64,000 nucleotides of DNA, from assembly GCA_965262615.1 (NCBI GenBank), contig OZ253545.1:1248001-1312000 (forward strand), in the 5' to 3' direction. The stretch is from Alphaproteobacteria bacterium. GTDB lineage: Bacteria; Pseudomonadota; Alphaproteobacteria; GM7ARS4; G965262615. Position 1 is the first letter of the stretch, and each line of letters opens with the position of its first letter. Positions 1 through 9,764 of the stretch are shown piece by piece. The notes beneath the pieces are model-generated. The model saw nothing but the letters and a program-made list of their open reading frames with translations. It ran no database searches and was not told the origin of the DNA. The position numbers and the translations under genes were made by a program.

Positions 1-814
1 GCATAATGTCATAAGCCTCTTGAAATGTTGTTTTGTCGGGATAGGCAATGCCACTGGCAATAGAGGCAGGGTCATCGTCATAAACATCAGACAATGTGAT
101 GGTATGGATTCGGGCTTTGGTCATCTGTGCCAATTGCCCCCCCTTGATTTTGGAGAGATGCTTACGTACACAATTAAGTTCGTGAATATCAGCACCCGCT
201 TCGAATAATAATTTCGTAACGGTAATTTTATCCTTTGGAATGATGCCATCCGCGGGCAAAACAGCAAGAGCGGAGCCACCACCACTCAACAATAACAAAA
301 TCACCTCATCCTCTTTTGCAGAACGAAATTTATCTAGCAAAATTTGTCCTGCTTTCACACTGCTTTGATTGGGAAAAGGATGACCTGCACTCACCTCTAT
401 AACTTTAGTTTCTTTTTTTTGTTTTTCAATAAACGGTAGAGTTTCGTGAAAACTAAAAGATTGAGAAACTTCATGGGTCACAATAATGAACGATGATATA
501 TGAGCATGTAGCCCATGCAAAATCGCACTCGCCATCTTCACAGATGCTTTGCCTAAAGCTATCACATGAAATTTAGTCCCTTCAGGGTAAGATGCTTCAT
601 ATGTTAATGGATTGAACGCCTTAAAAGGATTGGGGTGTTCCAATTCGGTAAAAGGTTCAAAGTATAAATAATCTGGCATAAATTTAATTTTATACTCATA
701 AAGTGTATCATCATAGCGGATTGCTGCATTGACAAATTGTCCAGGGTTGGCGGCATCAACTGCTCTTTGAAATAATTCTTGCGCCAGCTGACGCAATTTT
801 TCGCGAGATGCCAT
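1..814 (-). CDS. Glycerate 2-kinase (GckA/TtuD, DUF4147-MOFRL family), 3'-partial (runs off window start)
   Basis: Not in the ORF track. Manual translation from ATG 814 (TGATG overlap with upstream stop) gives MASREKLRQLAQELFQRAVDAANP...FHVIALGKAS...SAGHPFP...LLLSGGGSAL...ADIHELNCVRKHLSKIKGGQL...LSDVYDDDPASIASG, which are the family motifs. The frame is open to position 1. Confidence 0.92.
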   Translation of the reverse strand, partial: MASREKLRQLAQELFQRAVDAANPGQFVNAAIRYDDTLYEYKIKFMPDYLYFEPFTELEHPNPFKAFNPLTYEASYPEGTKFHVIALGKASVKMASAILHGLHAHISSFIIVTHEVSQSFSFHETLPFIEKQKKETKVIEVSAGHPFPNQSSVKAGQILLDKFRSAKEDEVILLLLSGGGSALAVLPADGIIPKDKITVTKLLFEAGADIHELNCVRKHLSKIKGGQLAQMTKARIHTITLSDVYDDDPASIASGIAYPDKTTFQEAYDIM

Positions 815-1785
815 CAGGCAACCCTATCTCTAATTTCTTCGCCTTGCAGAAATGCTTGGACATTTTCCACGACGCGCATTCCCATTGCCTCGCGGGTCTC
901 ATTTGTGGCACTGCCCAGGTGGGGCAGCAACACCACATTGTTCAACCTCAGCAATCCTCTGCTGACGGTGGGCTCGTTTTCATAGACATCTAATCCGGCG
1001 CCGGCGATCACACCATCTTTTAATGCGGTTATCAATGCTGCTTCATCCACGATGTCACCGCGAGCGGTGTTGATCAAAAAAGAATCCTTGCCCATTGTTG
1101 CAAAGGCGAGTGCGTCCATAAGCCCGCGTGTGCCTTCGGTTGAGGGACAATGGATTGAGATAAAATCGCCCCACTTTAACAATTCAGGCAAATTATCGCA
1201 TTGGCTCGCCGCCACATCTCTGCCGGCATCGGTGTCTTTGACAAAGGGGTCAAAAAACATAATCTCCATGCCAAAGCCGTGATGCGCCTTGCGAGCCATT
1301 GCGTGCGCGATTCTGCCAAATCCCACCAGTGCCAATTTTTTCCCGGTGACCTTGCACCCCATCATGTGGGTGGGACGCCAGCCCGTCCATTCACCCGCCC
1401 GCAGGTGACGCTCGCCCTCGCTTAGGCGGCGCGCCACCATCAGCACCAAGCTCATGGCAATATCCGCGGTGCAATCGGTGAGCACATCGGGGGTGTTGCT
1501 CACCACGATGCCCTGATGTCGTGCCGTTTTAATATCAATGTTGTTAAAGCCAACGCCAAAATTGCCCACCATCCGCACCGTGCGCCCCTCCACAGAGAGA
1601 ATATCGGCAGTGATGGCATCGGTGACGGTGGGCATCAGCACATCGTAATCCCGCATGGCTTGTTTCAGCTCATCGGCAGTGAGCGGCACATCGTTGGTGC
1701 TGAGGGTGGCATCAAACAGCTCAGCAACACGAGCCTCCACCCTTTGTGGCCATCGTCTGGTGACCAACACGCGCCCCAGTGACAT
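814..1785 (-). CDS. D-glycerate dehydrogenase / hydroxypyruvate-glyoxylate reductase (D-2-hydroxyacid dehydrogenase)
   Basis: Motifs GVGFNNID, NTPDVLTDCTAD, Rossmann GFGRIA, INTARG, GLDVYENEP and LPHLGSAT. Likely start is MSLGRVLVTRR at 1785, just after the sgaA stop; the track's 1920 start overlaps sgaA. Confidence 0.9.
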   Translation of the reverse strand: MSLGRVLVTRRWPQRVEARVAELFDATLSTNDVPLTADELKQAMRDYDVLMPTVTDAITADILSVEGRTVRMVGNFGVGFNNIDIKTARHQGIVVSNTPDVLTDCTADIAMSLVLMVARRLSEGERHLRAGEWTGWRPTHMMGCKVTGKKLALVGFGRIAHAMARKAHHGFGMEIMFFDPFVKDTDAGRDVAASQCDNLPELLKWGDFISIHCPSTEGTRGLMDALAFATMGKDSFLINTARGDIVDEAALITALKDGVIAGAGLDVYENEPTVSRGLLRLNNVVLLPHLGSATNETREAMGMRVVENVQAFLQGEEIRDRVA

Positions 1786-1786
1786 A

Positions 1787-2995
1787 TCAGCCGCCTTCGG
1801 GGGTGTGTTCGCGCCAGTATTCGCCCGCCGCCGCCATGCCACTGCCCGCTTCCACCTTGATGCCATGATCGCGCATCGCCATCTCAGCTCCCGCCACCGC
1901 GGCGGCTGCTTGCAGTTCATTCAAATCCCCCAAGTGACCAATGCGAAACACCTTGCCCATCACCTCATGCAATCCCGCACCCAGCGACATGTGATACTTA
2001 TGATAGGCTGTGGCAATCACGGGACGCGCATCCGCTCCTTCGGGCACACAAATGGCACTGACGGTGTCGGACTCCCACTGCGTGTCCTTGGCACACAACG
2101 ACAAGCCCCAGCCATCCTTGACCGCCCGCCGCACCCCCTCGGCAATGCGATGATGACGAGCAAACACATTCTCAAGACCCTCTTGCAGCAATAAATCACA
2201 CGCCACATCCAACGCTCGCAACATGGGAAGCTGCGGGGTGTAGGGGAAATATCCATCCTTATTGGTCTTCAGCATATCCTCCCACGAATAATAACAGCGT
2301 GGCAAGTTCGCCGACTCATTGGCTTTGAGAGCCTTCGCACTCGCCGCCAAAATGCCAATGCCCGCAGGCAACATAAAGCCCTTCTGTGAGCCGGCAATGG
2401 CACAATCAACGCCCCACTCATCCATGCGAAAATCAATACTGGCGATGGAACTCACACCATCCACAAACAACAAGGCGGGATGCTTGCAACTGTCCATCGC
2501 TTTGCGCACCGCCGCCACATCGGAAGTGACTCCGGTTGCCGTCTCGTTGTGAGTCACACACACCGCCTTGTATTGATGATTTTTGTCATCATTCAGGCGT
2601 TGGGCGACATCCTCAGGCGGCGTTCCCGTTCCCCACGGACGATCCACCACATCCACATCCAGCCCCAGGCGCGTCATCATATCCGCCCACAACAGACTAA
2701 ATGTGCCAAAGCGATAAATCAAAACCTTATCCCCAGCAGACAAAGTGTTGGTCAAAGCCGACTCCCACGCCCCCGTGCCAGAACCCGGATACAGAAAAAC
2801 CTGTCCCTTTGCTGTCTTGAAAACCTTCTTGACCTTCTCATACAAAGGCTTGGTGAATTCAGGCAGGTCAGGTGCTCGCTGGTCTTCAGTGGCAATATGA
2901 ACCGCATTCAAAATGGCATCAGGAATATGGGTGGGACCAGGAATAAAGGTGTGAATACGCCCCACATGACGGCGTCCGAGACTGTTTTTAGCCAT
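1787..2995 (-). CDS. sgaA: Serine-glyoxylate aminotransferase (class V PLP-dependent)
   Basis: FIPGPT, SGTGAWE, HNETATGV, VDGVSS, GSQKG (PLP lysine), FPYTP, FRIGHLG. Closely resembles methylotroph SgaA as recalled, and is clustered with hydroxypyruvate reductase and glycerate kinase. Confidence 0.85.
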   Translation of the reverse strand: MAKNSLGRRHVGRIHTFIPGPTHIPDAILNAVHIATEDQRAPDLPEFTKPLYEKVKKVFKTAKGQVFLYPGSGTGAWESALTNTLSAGDKVLIYRFGTFSLLWADMMTRLGLDVDVVDRPWGTGTPPEDVAQRLNDDKNHQYKAVCVTHNETATGVTSDVAAVRKAMDSCKHPALLFVDGVSSIASIDFRMDEWGVDCAIAGSQKGFMLPAGIGILAASAKALKANESANLPRCYYSWEDMLKTNKDGYFPYTPQLPMLRALDVACDLLLQEGLENVFARHHRIAEGVRRAVKDGWGLSLCAKDTQWESDTVSAICVPEGADARPVIATAYHKYHMSLGAGLHEVMGKVFRIGHLGDLNELQAAAAVAGAEMAMRDHGIKVEAGSGMAAAGEYWREHTPEGG

Positions 2996-3002
2996 AAATA
3001 AT

Positions 3003-3009
3003 CCTCCTC
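3003..3009 (-). promoter_or_regulatory. Shine-Dalgarno of sgaA
   Basis: GAGGAGG on the minus strand, 7 nt upstream of ATG 2995. Confidence 0.75.
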
Positions 3010-3051
3010 AAGGTTGTGACCGCCTCACCATAGACAATCTCATCACAAAAA

Positions 3052-3657
3052 TCAACGCCGCAAACGAGCCAGTCGCTCCCGCCACCACGCTCGAGCATAA
3101 TACACACGAGCCGCCACCAAAGCCACAATCACCGCCCCATAGCCAAGCGGAGCGGCGATGTCACTGCGGGAGAGAATCAAAAAATGGACAAACGACAAAA
3201 ACGCCACAAGAAAAATCACCTTGTGCAACCGCCGCCAGTTTTTGCCTCCCATTTTTTTGATGAGACGCGGGATCGTTGTCACCGCCATCACCGATAGCCA
3301 AACCCACGCCCCAAAGCCCATGATAATGTAAGGACGCTCCGTCACCTCCTTGTTCAAGCGACTGATATCCATATCCAGCAAAAAAACGAAAAACACCGTC
3401 ACATGGACACAACCATAAAAATAGCACCACAAGCCCAACTGACGGCGCAAACGCACCAGACGCGGCATATTGAGATAACGAGCCATAGGACTCACCATCA
3501 AACAAAGAACAAGAAAATTCAAAGCCCAAATGCCCGATTCCAGCGTCATGGTTTTGACAGGGTCAGCGCCCAATTGACCCGTCACGCCGTTATAAAGCAA
3601 AAACAAAAACGGCAAGGAAGATGCAATAAAAACATAAAAAGCAGCCGACATCATCAA
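3052..3657 (-). CDS. msrQ: Methionine sulfoxide reductase heme-binding membrane subunit
   Basis: LGADPV, RRQLGLW..FY...H, ERPYI..G, W..LHK; multiple TM segments; ATGA overlap with msrP. Confidence 0.92.
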   Translation of the reverse strand: MMMSAAFYVFIASSLPFLFLLYNGVTGQLGADPVKTMTLESGIWALNFLVLCLMVSPMARYLNMPRLVRLRRQLGLWCYFYGCVHVTVFFVFLLDMDISRLNKEVTERPYIIMGFGAWVWLSVMAVTTIPRLIKKMGGKNWRRLHKVIFLVAFLSFVHFLILSRSDIAAPLGYGAVIVALVAARVYYARAWWRERLARLRR

Positions 3658-4727
3658 TAGAAGCGATGAATCAAATCCATGCCCTTGTAGAGGGAAGCCA
3701 CCTGCTCGCCATAGCCGTTGAATATTTGGGTTGGAATGCGCTGGGTGTTTTGAAATCCGACACGACTGATAAACCGCCGCTCAGAGCTTTGTGACCAACG
3801 AGGATGAGAGCGATTGGGATTGACATTGCTGTAGAATCCGTATTCTCGCGGGGCGGCGATGTTCCATGTGGAGGGCGGTTGTTTTTCGGTAAAGGTAATC
3901 CGCACCACCGATTTGGGACTCTTAAAGCCATACTTCCAAGGAATGACCACCTTCACCGGCGCGCCATTTTGCGGATAGAGCCGCTCCCCGTACATCCCCA
4001 CCGTGAAAAAAGTCAGAGGGTGACGCGCCTCATCCATCCGCAATCCCTCCACATAGGGATAGCGAATGGTGGCGAACAGACTCTTCTGCTGCGGCATCTC
4101 TTCAGGACGATAGAGCGTCTGAAACGCCACATAGCGCGCCGATGTCATGGGCTCCACATGGTCAATCAGGCGGGCGAGGGAAAAGCCAATCCAAGGAATC
4201 ACCATAGACCAAGCCTCCACACAGCGCAGACGATACATGCGCTCCTCCAAGCCGCCACTCAAGCGCACAAGAGTTTCCAAATCGTAAGTGCCTCCTTTGT
4301 GACACAAACCGTCAATGACAACGCTCCATGGATCCACCGTCAGCTGGTGAGCATAGCGCGCGGGGTCTTCTTTGGCGGTGCCAAATTCGTAAAAGTTGTT
4401 GTATTCGGTGGCGATAGACAGCGGCGTGACGGCTTCATCGGTGGTCACGGTGCGCTTTGCTTTGCCAATGGGCTCAAGCAAAAATTGATTGGGCACAGGA
4501 GGCGGTGGCGGCTGTGGCGTTGGTGTGGGCGGCATGGGAGCGATTTGTGTCGTCTCATCTTTGACTCTGCCAAAAGACGCATTCTCTTTGCGTGCCTGAT
4601 TTTTAGGTGCGCCGCCATAGCGACTGCCCAACCACGCCGCCGCGCCCACAACCGAGAGTCCTGCCACAAACCGCCGCCGCGAACGATAAATTGCCTCATC
4701 CGTCACTTGAGATTCTTTTTCATTCAT
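3654..4727 (-). CDS. msrP: Protein-methionine-sulfoxide reductase catalytic subunit (molybdoenzyme, Tat-exported)
   Basis: SRRRF Tat motif; [52 protein letters not shown]. Confidence 0.95.
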   Translation of the reverse strand: MNEKESQVTDEAIYRSRRRFVAGLSVVGAAAWLGSRYGGAPKNQARKENASFGRVKDETTQIAPMPPTPTPQPPPPPVPNQFLLEPIGKAKRTVTTDEAVTPLSIATEYNNFYEFGTAKEDPARYAHQLTVDPWSVVIDGLCHKGGTYDLETLVRLSGGLEERMYRLRCVEAWSMVIPWIGFSLARLIDHVEPMTSARYVAFQTLYRPEEMPQQKSLFATIRYPYVEGLRMDEARHPLTFFTVGMYGERLYPQNGAPVKVVIPWKYGFKSPKSVVRITFTEKQPPSTWNIAAPREYGFYSNVNPNRSHPRWSQSSERRFISRVGFQNTQRIPTQIFNGYGEQVASLYKGMDLIHRFY

Positions 4728-6850
4728 GATGCGCTTTTCTCCAACAAATCAAGAACTTTAGTGGCAGCGGCAATGACATTCGTTCCAGGTCCAAACACGG
4801 CATCCACACCGCTTTGGGTGAGAAACTGATAGTCAGACGGCGGAATCACCCCGCCACAGATCACCTTTATATCATCCCCCCCCTGCTTGTGCAACTCTTG
4901 CACCAACATGGGCATCAGCGTTTTGTGTCCCGCCACCAGACTGGACACCCCAATGACATGGACATCATTTTCCACCGCCTGCCGAGCCGCTTCCTGCGGT
5001 GTTTGAAAGAGCGACCCCACATCCACATCAAAACCAAAATCGGCAAATGCAGTGGCAATGATGCGCGCACCTCTGTCATGCCCATCTTGTCCCATTTTGA
5101 CCACCAGCAAGCGAGGACGGCGACCCTCACGCTTTGCAAAACCAGAAGTGCGCGCGCGCATGCCATCAAACTCATCATCCCCCGCCCGCGCCTCAGCATA
5201 AGCCCCCTGCACAATATCCGCCTGCAGACGGTGACGCTCAAACACATCCTCCAAAGCTGAGCTCACCTCACCCAGTGTGGCACGCACCCGCATGGCATCA
5301 ATGGTGAGCGCGAGCAAATTGCCGTCTTTGTGCGCGCCTTCTCGCAAGCGATTCAATGATTGGGTCACGGCGTTTTCATCTCGCTCCTTCTTGATTTTTT
5401 GCAAACGCGCCAGCTGAGCCTCGCGCACCTGACTGTTGTCAATAAAGCGAATGTCAATGTCTTCTTCTTGCTGTGGCTGATAGCGATTGACTCCCACCAC
5501 AATATCATCACCGCGATCCACTCGCGCTTGGCGGCGGACGGCGGATTCCTCAATGCGCCGTTTGGGAACACCCAATGCCACCGCTTTGGTCATGCCGCCC
5601 AGTTCTTCCACCTCATCAATGAGACGGCGCGCCTCACAAATCATGCTATGGGTCAAATTTTCAATAAAATAAGAGCCTCCCAGCGGATCCACCACCTTTG
5701 CCAAGCCCGCCTCATCACGCAAAATCAACTGCGTATTGCGGGCAATGCGCGCCGAAAACACCGTGGGCAGAGCCAGTGCCTCATCAAAGGCATTGGTGTG
5801 CAATGACTGCGTTCCCCCCAGCACCGCCGCCATCGCCTCAATGGTGGTGCGCACAACATTGTTGTGAGGGTCTTGCTCCGTCAATGACACCCCCGATGTC
5901 TGACAGTGGGTGCGCAGACACAAACTGCGCTCATCCTCAGGATGAAACGGTTTCATCAATTCCGCCCACAAAAAGCGCGCCGCTCGCAACTTGGCAATCT
6001 CCATGAAAAAATTCATGCCAATGGCAAAAAAGAATGAAAGGCGCGGCGCAAACTGATCAATAGGCAACCCCTTTGACAAAGCCGTCCGCACATATTCAAC
6101 GCCATCCGCCAGAGTGTAAGCCAGCTCTTGCGTCTGTGTCGCCCCCGCCTCTTGCATATGATAACCGGAAATAGAAATGGAATTAAAACGAGGCATAGCC
6201 CGTGATGTGTAATCAATGATGTCCGCCACAATGCGCATGCTGGGCTCGGGCGGATAAATGTAGGTGTTACGCACCATGAATTCTTTCAAAATATCATTTT
6301 GAATAGTGCCCGATAATTGCTCCTGCGAGACTCCTTGTTCTTCCGCCGCCACAATAAATGCCGCCAAGACCGGCAACACTGCGCCGTTCATGGTCATGGA
6401 GACGCTCATGCGCTCCAACGGAATGCCAGCAAAGAGAATTTTCATGTCCTCCACCGAATCAATGGCGACCCCCGCCTTGCCCACATCGCCAATGACGCGC
6501 TCGTGGTCAGAGTCATACCCTCTGTGAGTCGCCAGATCAAAAGCGACCGAGAGCCCCGTCACGCCGTTTTTCAGCCCCTGATGATAAAACTGATTGGTCT
6601 CTTCGGCGGTGGAAAATCCCGCATACTGACGAATCGTCCAAGGGCGATTGGCGTACATGGTGGCGCGCACGCCGCGAGTAAATGGCGCAAAACCAGGCAA
6701 GCTCTGCAAATGCTCCATTTCTTCTAGGTCTTCTGCGGTGTAGAGAGGTTTCACCTCAATGCCTTCGGGCGTTTGCCACACAAGGGATTCAAGGGGCTTG
6801 TCTTTGAGCTCTGTGCGCGCGCGTTTCTCCCACTGTTTGATTGAGGTCAC
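4724..6850 (-). CDS. scpA: Methylmalonyl-CoA mutase (adenosylcobalamin-dependent)
   Basis: [41 protein letters not shown] and C-terminal B12-binding [11 protein letters not shown] start overlaps the tldD stop. Confidence 0.95.
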   Translation of the reverse strand: MTSIKQWEKRARTELKDKPLESLVWQTPEGIEVKPLYTAEDLEEMEHLQSLPGFAPFTRGVRATMYANRPWTIRQYAGFSTAEETNQFYHQGLKNGVTGLSVAFDLATHRGYDSDHERVIGDVGKAGVAIDSVEDMKILFAGIPLERMSVSMTMNGAVLPVLAAFIVAAEEQGVSQEQLSGTIQNDILKEFMVRNTYIYPPEPSMRIVADIIDYTSRAMPRFNSISISGYHMQEAGATQTQELAYTLADGVEYVRTALSKGLPIDQFAPRLSFFFAIGMNFFMEIAKLRAARFLWAELMKPFHPEDERSLCLRTHCQTSGVSLTEQDPHNNVVRTTIEAMAAVLGGTQSLHTNAFDEALALPTVFSARIARNTQLILRDEAGLAKVVDPLGGSYFIENLTHSMICEARRLIDEVEELGGMTKAVALGVPKRRIEESAVRRQARVDRGDDIVVGVNRYQPQQEEDIDIRFIDNSQVREAQLARLQKIKKERDENAVTQSLNRLREGAHKDGNLLALTIDAMRVRATLGEVSSALEDVFERHRLQADIVQGAYAEARAGDDEFDGMRARTSGFAKREGRRPRLLVVKMGQDGHDRGARIIATAFADFGFDVDVGSLFQTPQEAARQAVENDVHVIGVSSLVAGHKTLMPMLVQELHKQGGDDIKVICGGVIPPSDYQFLTQSGVDAVFGPGTNVIAAATKVLDLLEKSAS

Positions 6851-8304
6851 GATGTCCCTCCCACAGTGAGATTGTCAATACGCAATGTGGGCTGTCCCAC
6901 GCCCACAGGGACGAGTTGTCCCTCTTTGCCGCATGTGCCGATGCCGTCATCCAACGCCATGTCATTGCCCACCATGGCAATGTGACGCAATGCCGTCGCC
7001 CCACTGCCAATCAATGTCGCCCCTTTGATGGGATGCGTCACCTTGCCATTCTCAATGCGATAGGCAAGACTGGCAGAAAACACAAACTGTCCCGAAGTGA
7101 TATCCACCTGTCCGCCGCCAAATTGCACGGCATAAATGCCATCCTTCACCGATTCAATGATCTCTTGAGGCTCATGGTCTCCCGCCAGCATGTAGGTATT
7201 GGTCATGCGGGGCATGACGCAATGGGCGTAGCTTTCTCTGCGTCCGTTGCCTGTGGGAGCAACGCCCATCAGACGAGCATTCATGCGATCCTGCATGAAG
7301 CCGCACAAAATGCCATCCTCAATGAGTGTGGTGTTCTGTCCCGCCGTGCCTTCATCGTCCATCGTCAAAGAGCCACGCCGCGCCGTGATGGTGGCATCAT
7401 CCACCACAGTAACGCCTTTGGCGGCAATGCGTTTCCCCATCAAATGAGCAAAAGCCGACAAACCCTTGCGATTGAAATCTCCCTCCAAGCCGTGTCCCAC
7501 CGCTTCATGCAACAAAATGCCAGGCCATCCGTGACTCAGCACCACCTGCGTTTCTCCTGCCGGTGCGGCGTGGGCATCCAAGTTCAAACGCGCCATGCCG
7601 ATGGCATCATCAAGAAGACGATTCGTCACCGTCTTGTTTGTCCAGTTATTCCAGTGGTCTCTGCCGCCCGTGCCTGAGACTCCCGTCTCTCGTTGGTCGC
7701 CTTGCTGCACGGTCACGCGCACGCCCAAACGCACCAAAGGACGAATATCACAATAGTGCGAGCCATCAGGACGCAGCACCAACACCAATTGCCACGAACT
7801 ATGCAACGATGCCCAAAAACCACACACCGCAGAATCTTTACCATGCGCCTCTTTTTCCAAACGCTGCAACAATGCCACCTTATCCACAAGACCGTAATCG
7901 GCAATGGGATGACTCGCCTCATAGCGCGCCACATGAGCATGGCCCGGAGATGCCGCCAGCGTCACATTGCCACCTTTCAGGGAGCGCACACTCGCCACCG
8001 CCCGCTTGAGAGAAGCCAGACGCAAATCACTGCTGTGAGCCAACGCCTGCCGCGTGCCACTGATGACGCGCACACTAAAACCCCGCCGTGTCTCATCTTG
8101 CACATTCTTAAGCGTGCCATCCTCCCAATTGAGTCCCTCGCTGTGGTGATACTCAAAAAACAAATCGGCATCATCCCGCCCGCGAGCCGCTTCTTGTAGC
8201 ACCGCCGTTGCCGTCTCCAGCGATAAATCATCGCCGAAAAATAACTCGTTTGCTCGTGACAAAGAATCATCCATCCCTTTAGGATAATCCTCATCGCCCA
8301 CCAT
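6847..8304 (-). CDS. tldD: Metalloprotease TldD
   Basis: [72 protein letters not shown]. Confidence 0.95.
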   Translation of the reverse strand: MVGDEDYPKGMDDSLSRANELFFGDDLSLETATAVLQEAARGRDDADLFFEYHHSEGLNWEDGTLKNVQDETRRGFSVRVISGTRQALAHSSDLRLASLKRAVASVRSLKGGNVTLAASPGHAHVARYEASHPIADYGLVDKVALLQRLEKEAHGKDSAVCGFWASLHSSWQLVLVLRPDGSHYCDIRPLVRLGVRVTVQQGDQRETGVSGTGGRDHWNNWTNKTVTNRLLDDAIGMARLNLDAHAAPAGETQVVLSHGWPGILLHEAVGHGLEGDFNRKGLSAFAHLMGKRIAAKGVTVVDDATITARRGSLTMDDEGTAGQNTTLIEDGILCGFMQDRMNARLMGVAPTGNGRRESYAHCVMPRMTNTYMLAGDHEPQEIIESVKDGIYAVQFGGGQVDITSGQFVFSASLAYRIENGKVTHPIKGATLIGSGATALRHIAMVGNDMALDDGIGTCGKEGQLVPVGVGQPTLRIDNLTVGGTS

Positions 8305-8311
8305 AGCAACA

Positions 8312-9070
8312 TCAAAAGCGATAGAATACGCCCAAAGTAATCACATGCTCACTCAACTCATTGGATGACACCACCTGCACATTGTTACTGCTCTGATTGA
8401 CCACCGCCATTGTGTGAATGTCATCATCCATCGTGCCGTATTTGAGGTAGTTATAGTCACTTCTGAGAAAGACATCATGATTGAGCGCAAAAGCGATGCC
8501 GCCTCCCAGACGCACCGCCTCAGCACTGACACTGTTGCTTTGCCGTAGGTGCGGTGTCGTGGTTGTCATATCAAAGCGGGCATTGACAAACCCCACCACG
8601 CCGTAGAGCACCCACACCTCACGCCCCACGCCTACCAAAAAAGACAAGCCGATGCGATGCTTGCGCTTGATCTCTTGCGTGTGAGATTGAGTGCTGTCCG
8701 TGAGGCTCATTGAGCCACCCCCCACCGCAATATCGCTCTCCATTCCCAGATAAATATTGTGGGGGTCTAGCAAAAATCCGTATCCCAACACAAAGGCATA
8801 ATCAATGGTTTGCTGATCCTCTTTGAGGCTGATGGTGGTGGGATTGGCAACGCGACTGGTCACAAGGCTGCCCTTCATGTGAGACGAAGAAAGACCCGCC
8901 ATCAAGCCCATATAAAATCCCTGATGCGCCGCATGAGGCTTGTGAATGCGAATGTCTTCGTCAAAAAATGAGCCTGCATTCTGAGCCGCCACATCAGCCG
9001 ATGCGCACACCATCGCCATCGCCCAACCCAGCAAAAACCGAAAACGCACCTCCTGTGGCAATCCTCTCAT
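8312..9070 (-). CDS. Outer-membrane beta-barrel protein (Omp25/RopB-like, probably 8-stranded)
   Basis: Signal peptide (..ADVAA), GFYMG first strand, alternating amphipathic strands, LRSDYNY, C-terminal beta-signal LGVFYRF. Confidence 0.75.
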   Translation of the reverse strand: MRGLPQEVRFRFLLGWAMAMVCASADVAAQNAGSFFDEDIRIHKPHAAHQGFYMGLMAGLSSSHMKGSLVTSRVANPTTISLKEDQQTIDYAFVLGYGFLLDPHNIYLGMESDIAVGGGSMSLTDSTQSHTQEIKRKHRIGLSFLVGVGREVWVLYGVVGFVNARFDMTTTTPHLRQSNSVSAEAVRLGGGIAFALNHDVFLRSDYNYLKYGTMDDDIHTMAVVNQSSNNVQVVSSNELSEHVITLGVFYRF

Positions 9071-9073
9071 GCA

Positions 9074-9276
9074 TTATGAGTAACGCCTTGTGTGTCTTTG
9101 TCACAACGAAAAAAGGATAAACGGTGGTGACACAACACACGCCTCATTTATGAGTGACGCCTTGTGTGTCTTTGTCACAACGAAAAAAGGATAAACAGTG
9201 GTGACACAACACACGCCTCATTTATGAGTGACGCCTTGCGTGTCTTTGTCACAACGAAAAAAGGATAAACAGTGGT
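9074..9276. repeat. 74-bp tandem repeat (~2.75 copies) duplicating the rsmD 3' end
   Basis: TTATGAGTRACGCCTTGYGTGTCTTTGTCACAACGAAAAAAGGATAAACRGTGGT starts at 9074, 9148 and 9222 (period 74). Confidence 0.95.
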
Positions 9277-9760
9277 CGCCAATCACACGGCGATACAAAA
9301 AGACAAACGGTGGTGACACAACACATTCTTCATTTTTATGAGTCTCAATCATCATCAAAGCATGAGGCGCACACCATTCCTGCCGATGCAATTGCTGCGC
9401 CGCCACACTCGCCGTTCCCGAATGCCATGGCGGGGTGAGTAAAATCAGATTCGCCCGCACGCTATCTTTATTGGGAATTGGCTTTGTCATGTCGGCAATC
9501 AGACAGTGGGCAGATTCTTTTGTCTCACTAATTCGCTGCCGCAACGGTGTCATGACTTCAGCCGTATGGTCTATAAAAATCACCCGATGCGCGCCTTCTT
9601 GCAAAGCTTGCCATCCCAGTGCGCCACTGCCGCAAAAGCCGTCAATCACGGTCGCTCCGCCGAAGGAAAAGAAATCGTGATGGCGCAGATGGTCAAACAA
9701 TGAGCGTTTGGCTCGTGCTGTCATGGGGCGCGTGCCGCAAGGTAAATATCGTTTTCTCAT
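9218..9760 (-). CDS. rsmD: RsmD-family SAM-dependent methyltransferase, divergent
   Basis: TRPMTARAKRSLFDHL (cf. RPT.DR.RE.LF..L), DGFCGSGALG.QAL..GA SAM motif, LILLTPPW in place of DPPY, MIET. Probable start ATG 9760, 4 nt after the autotransporter stop. Confidence 0.7.
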   Translation of the reverse strand: MRKRYLPCGTRPMTARAKRSLFDHLRHHDFFSFGGATVIDGFCGSGALGWQALQEGAHRVIFIDHTAEVMTPLRQRISETKESAHCLIADMTKPIPNKDSVRANLILLTPPWHSGTASVAAQQLHRQEWCAPHALMMIETHKNEECVVSPPFVFLYRRVIGDHCLSFFRCDKDTQGVTHK

Positions 9761-9764
9761 CCCA

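Noticed and set aside
3014-3048. TTGTGA...TCACAA inverted repeat between msrQ and sgaA
   Set aside because: Only 6-bp arms with a long spacer; insufficient for a terminator or operator call.
9074-9276. 74-bp repeat as a CRISPR array
   Set aside because: The whole unit repeats, there are no unique spacers, no cas genes are present, and it derives from rsmD.
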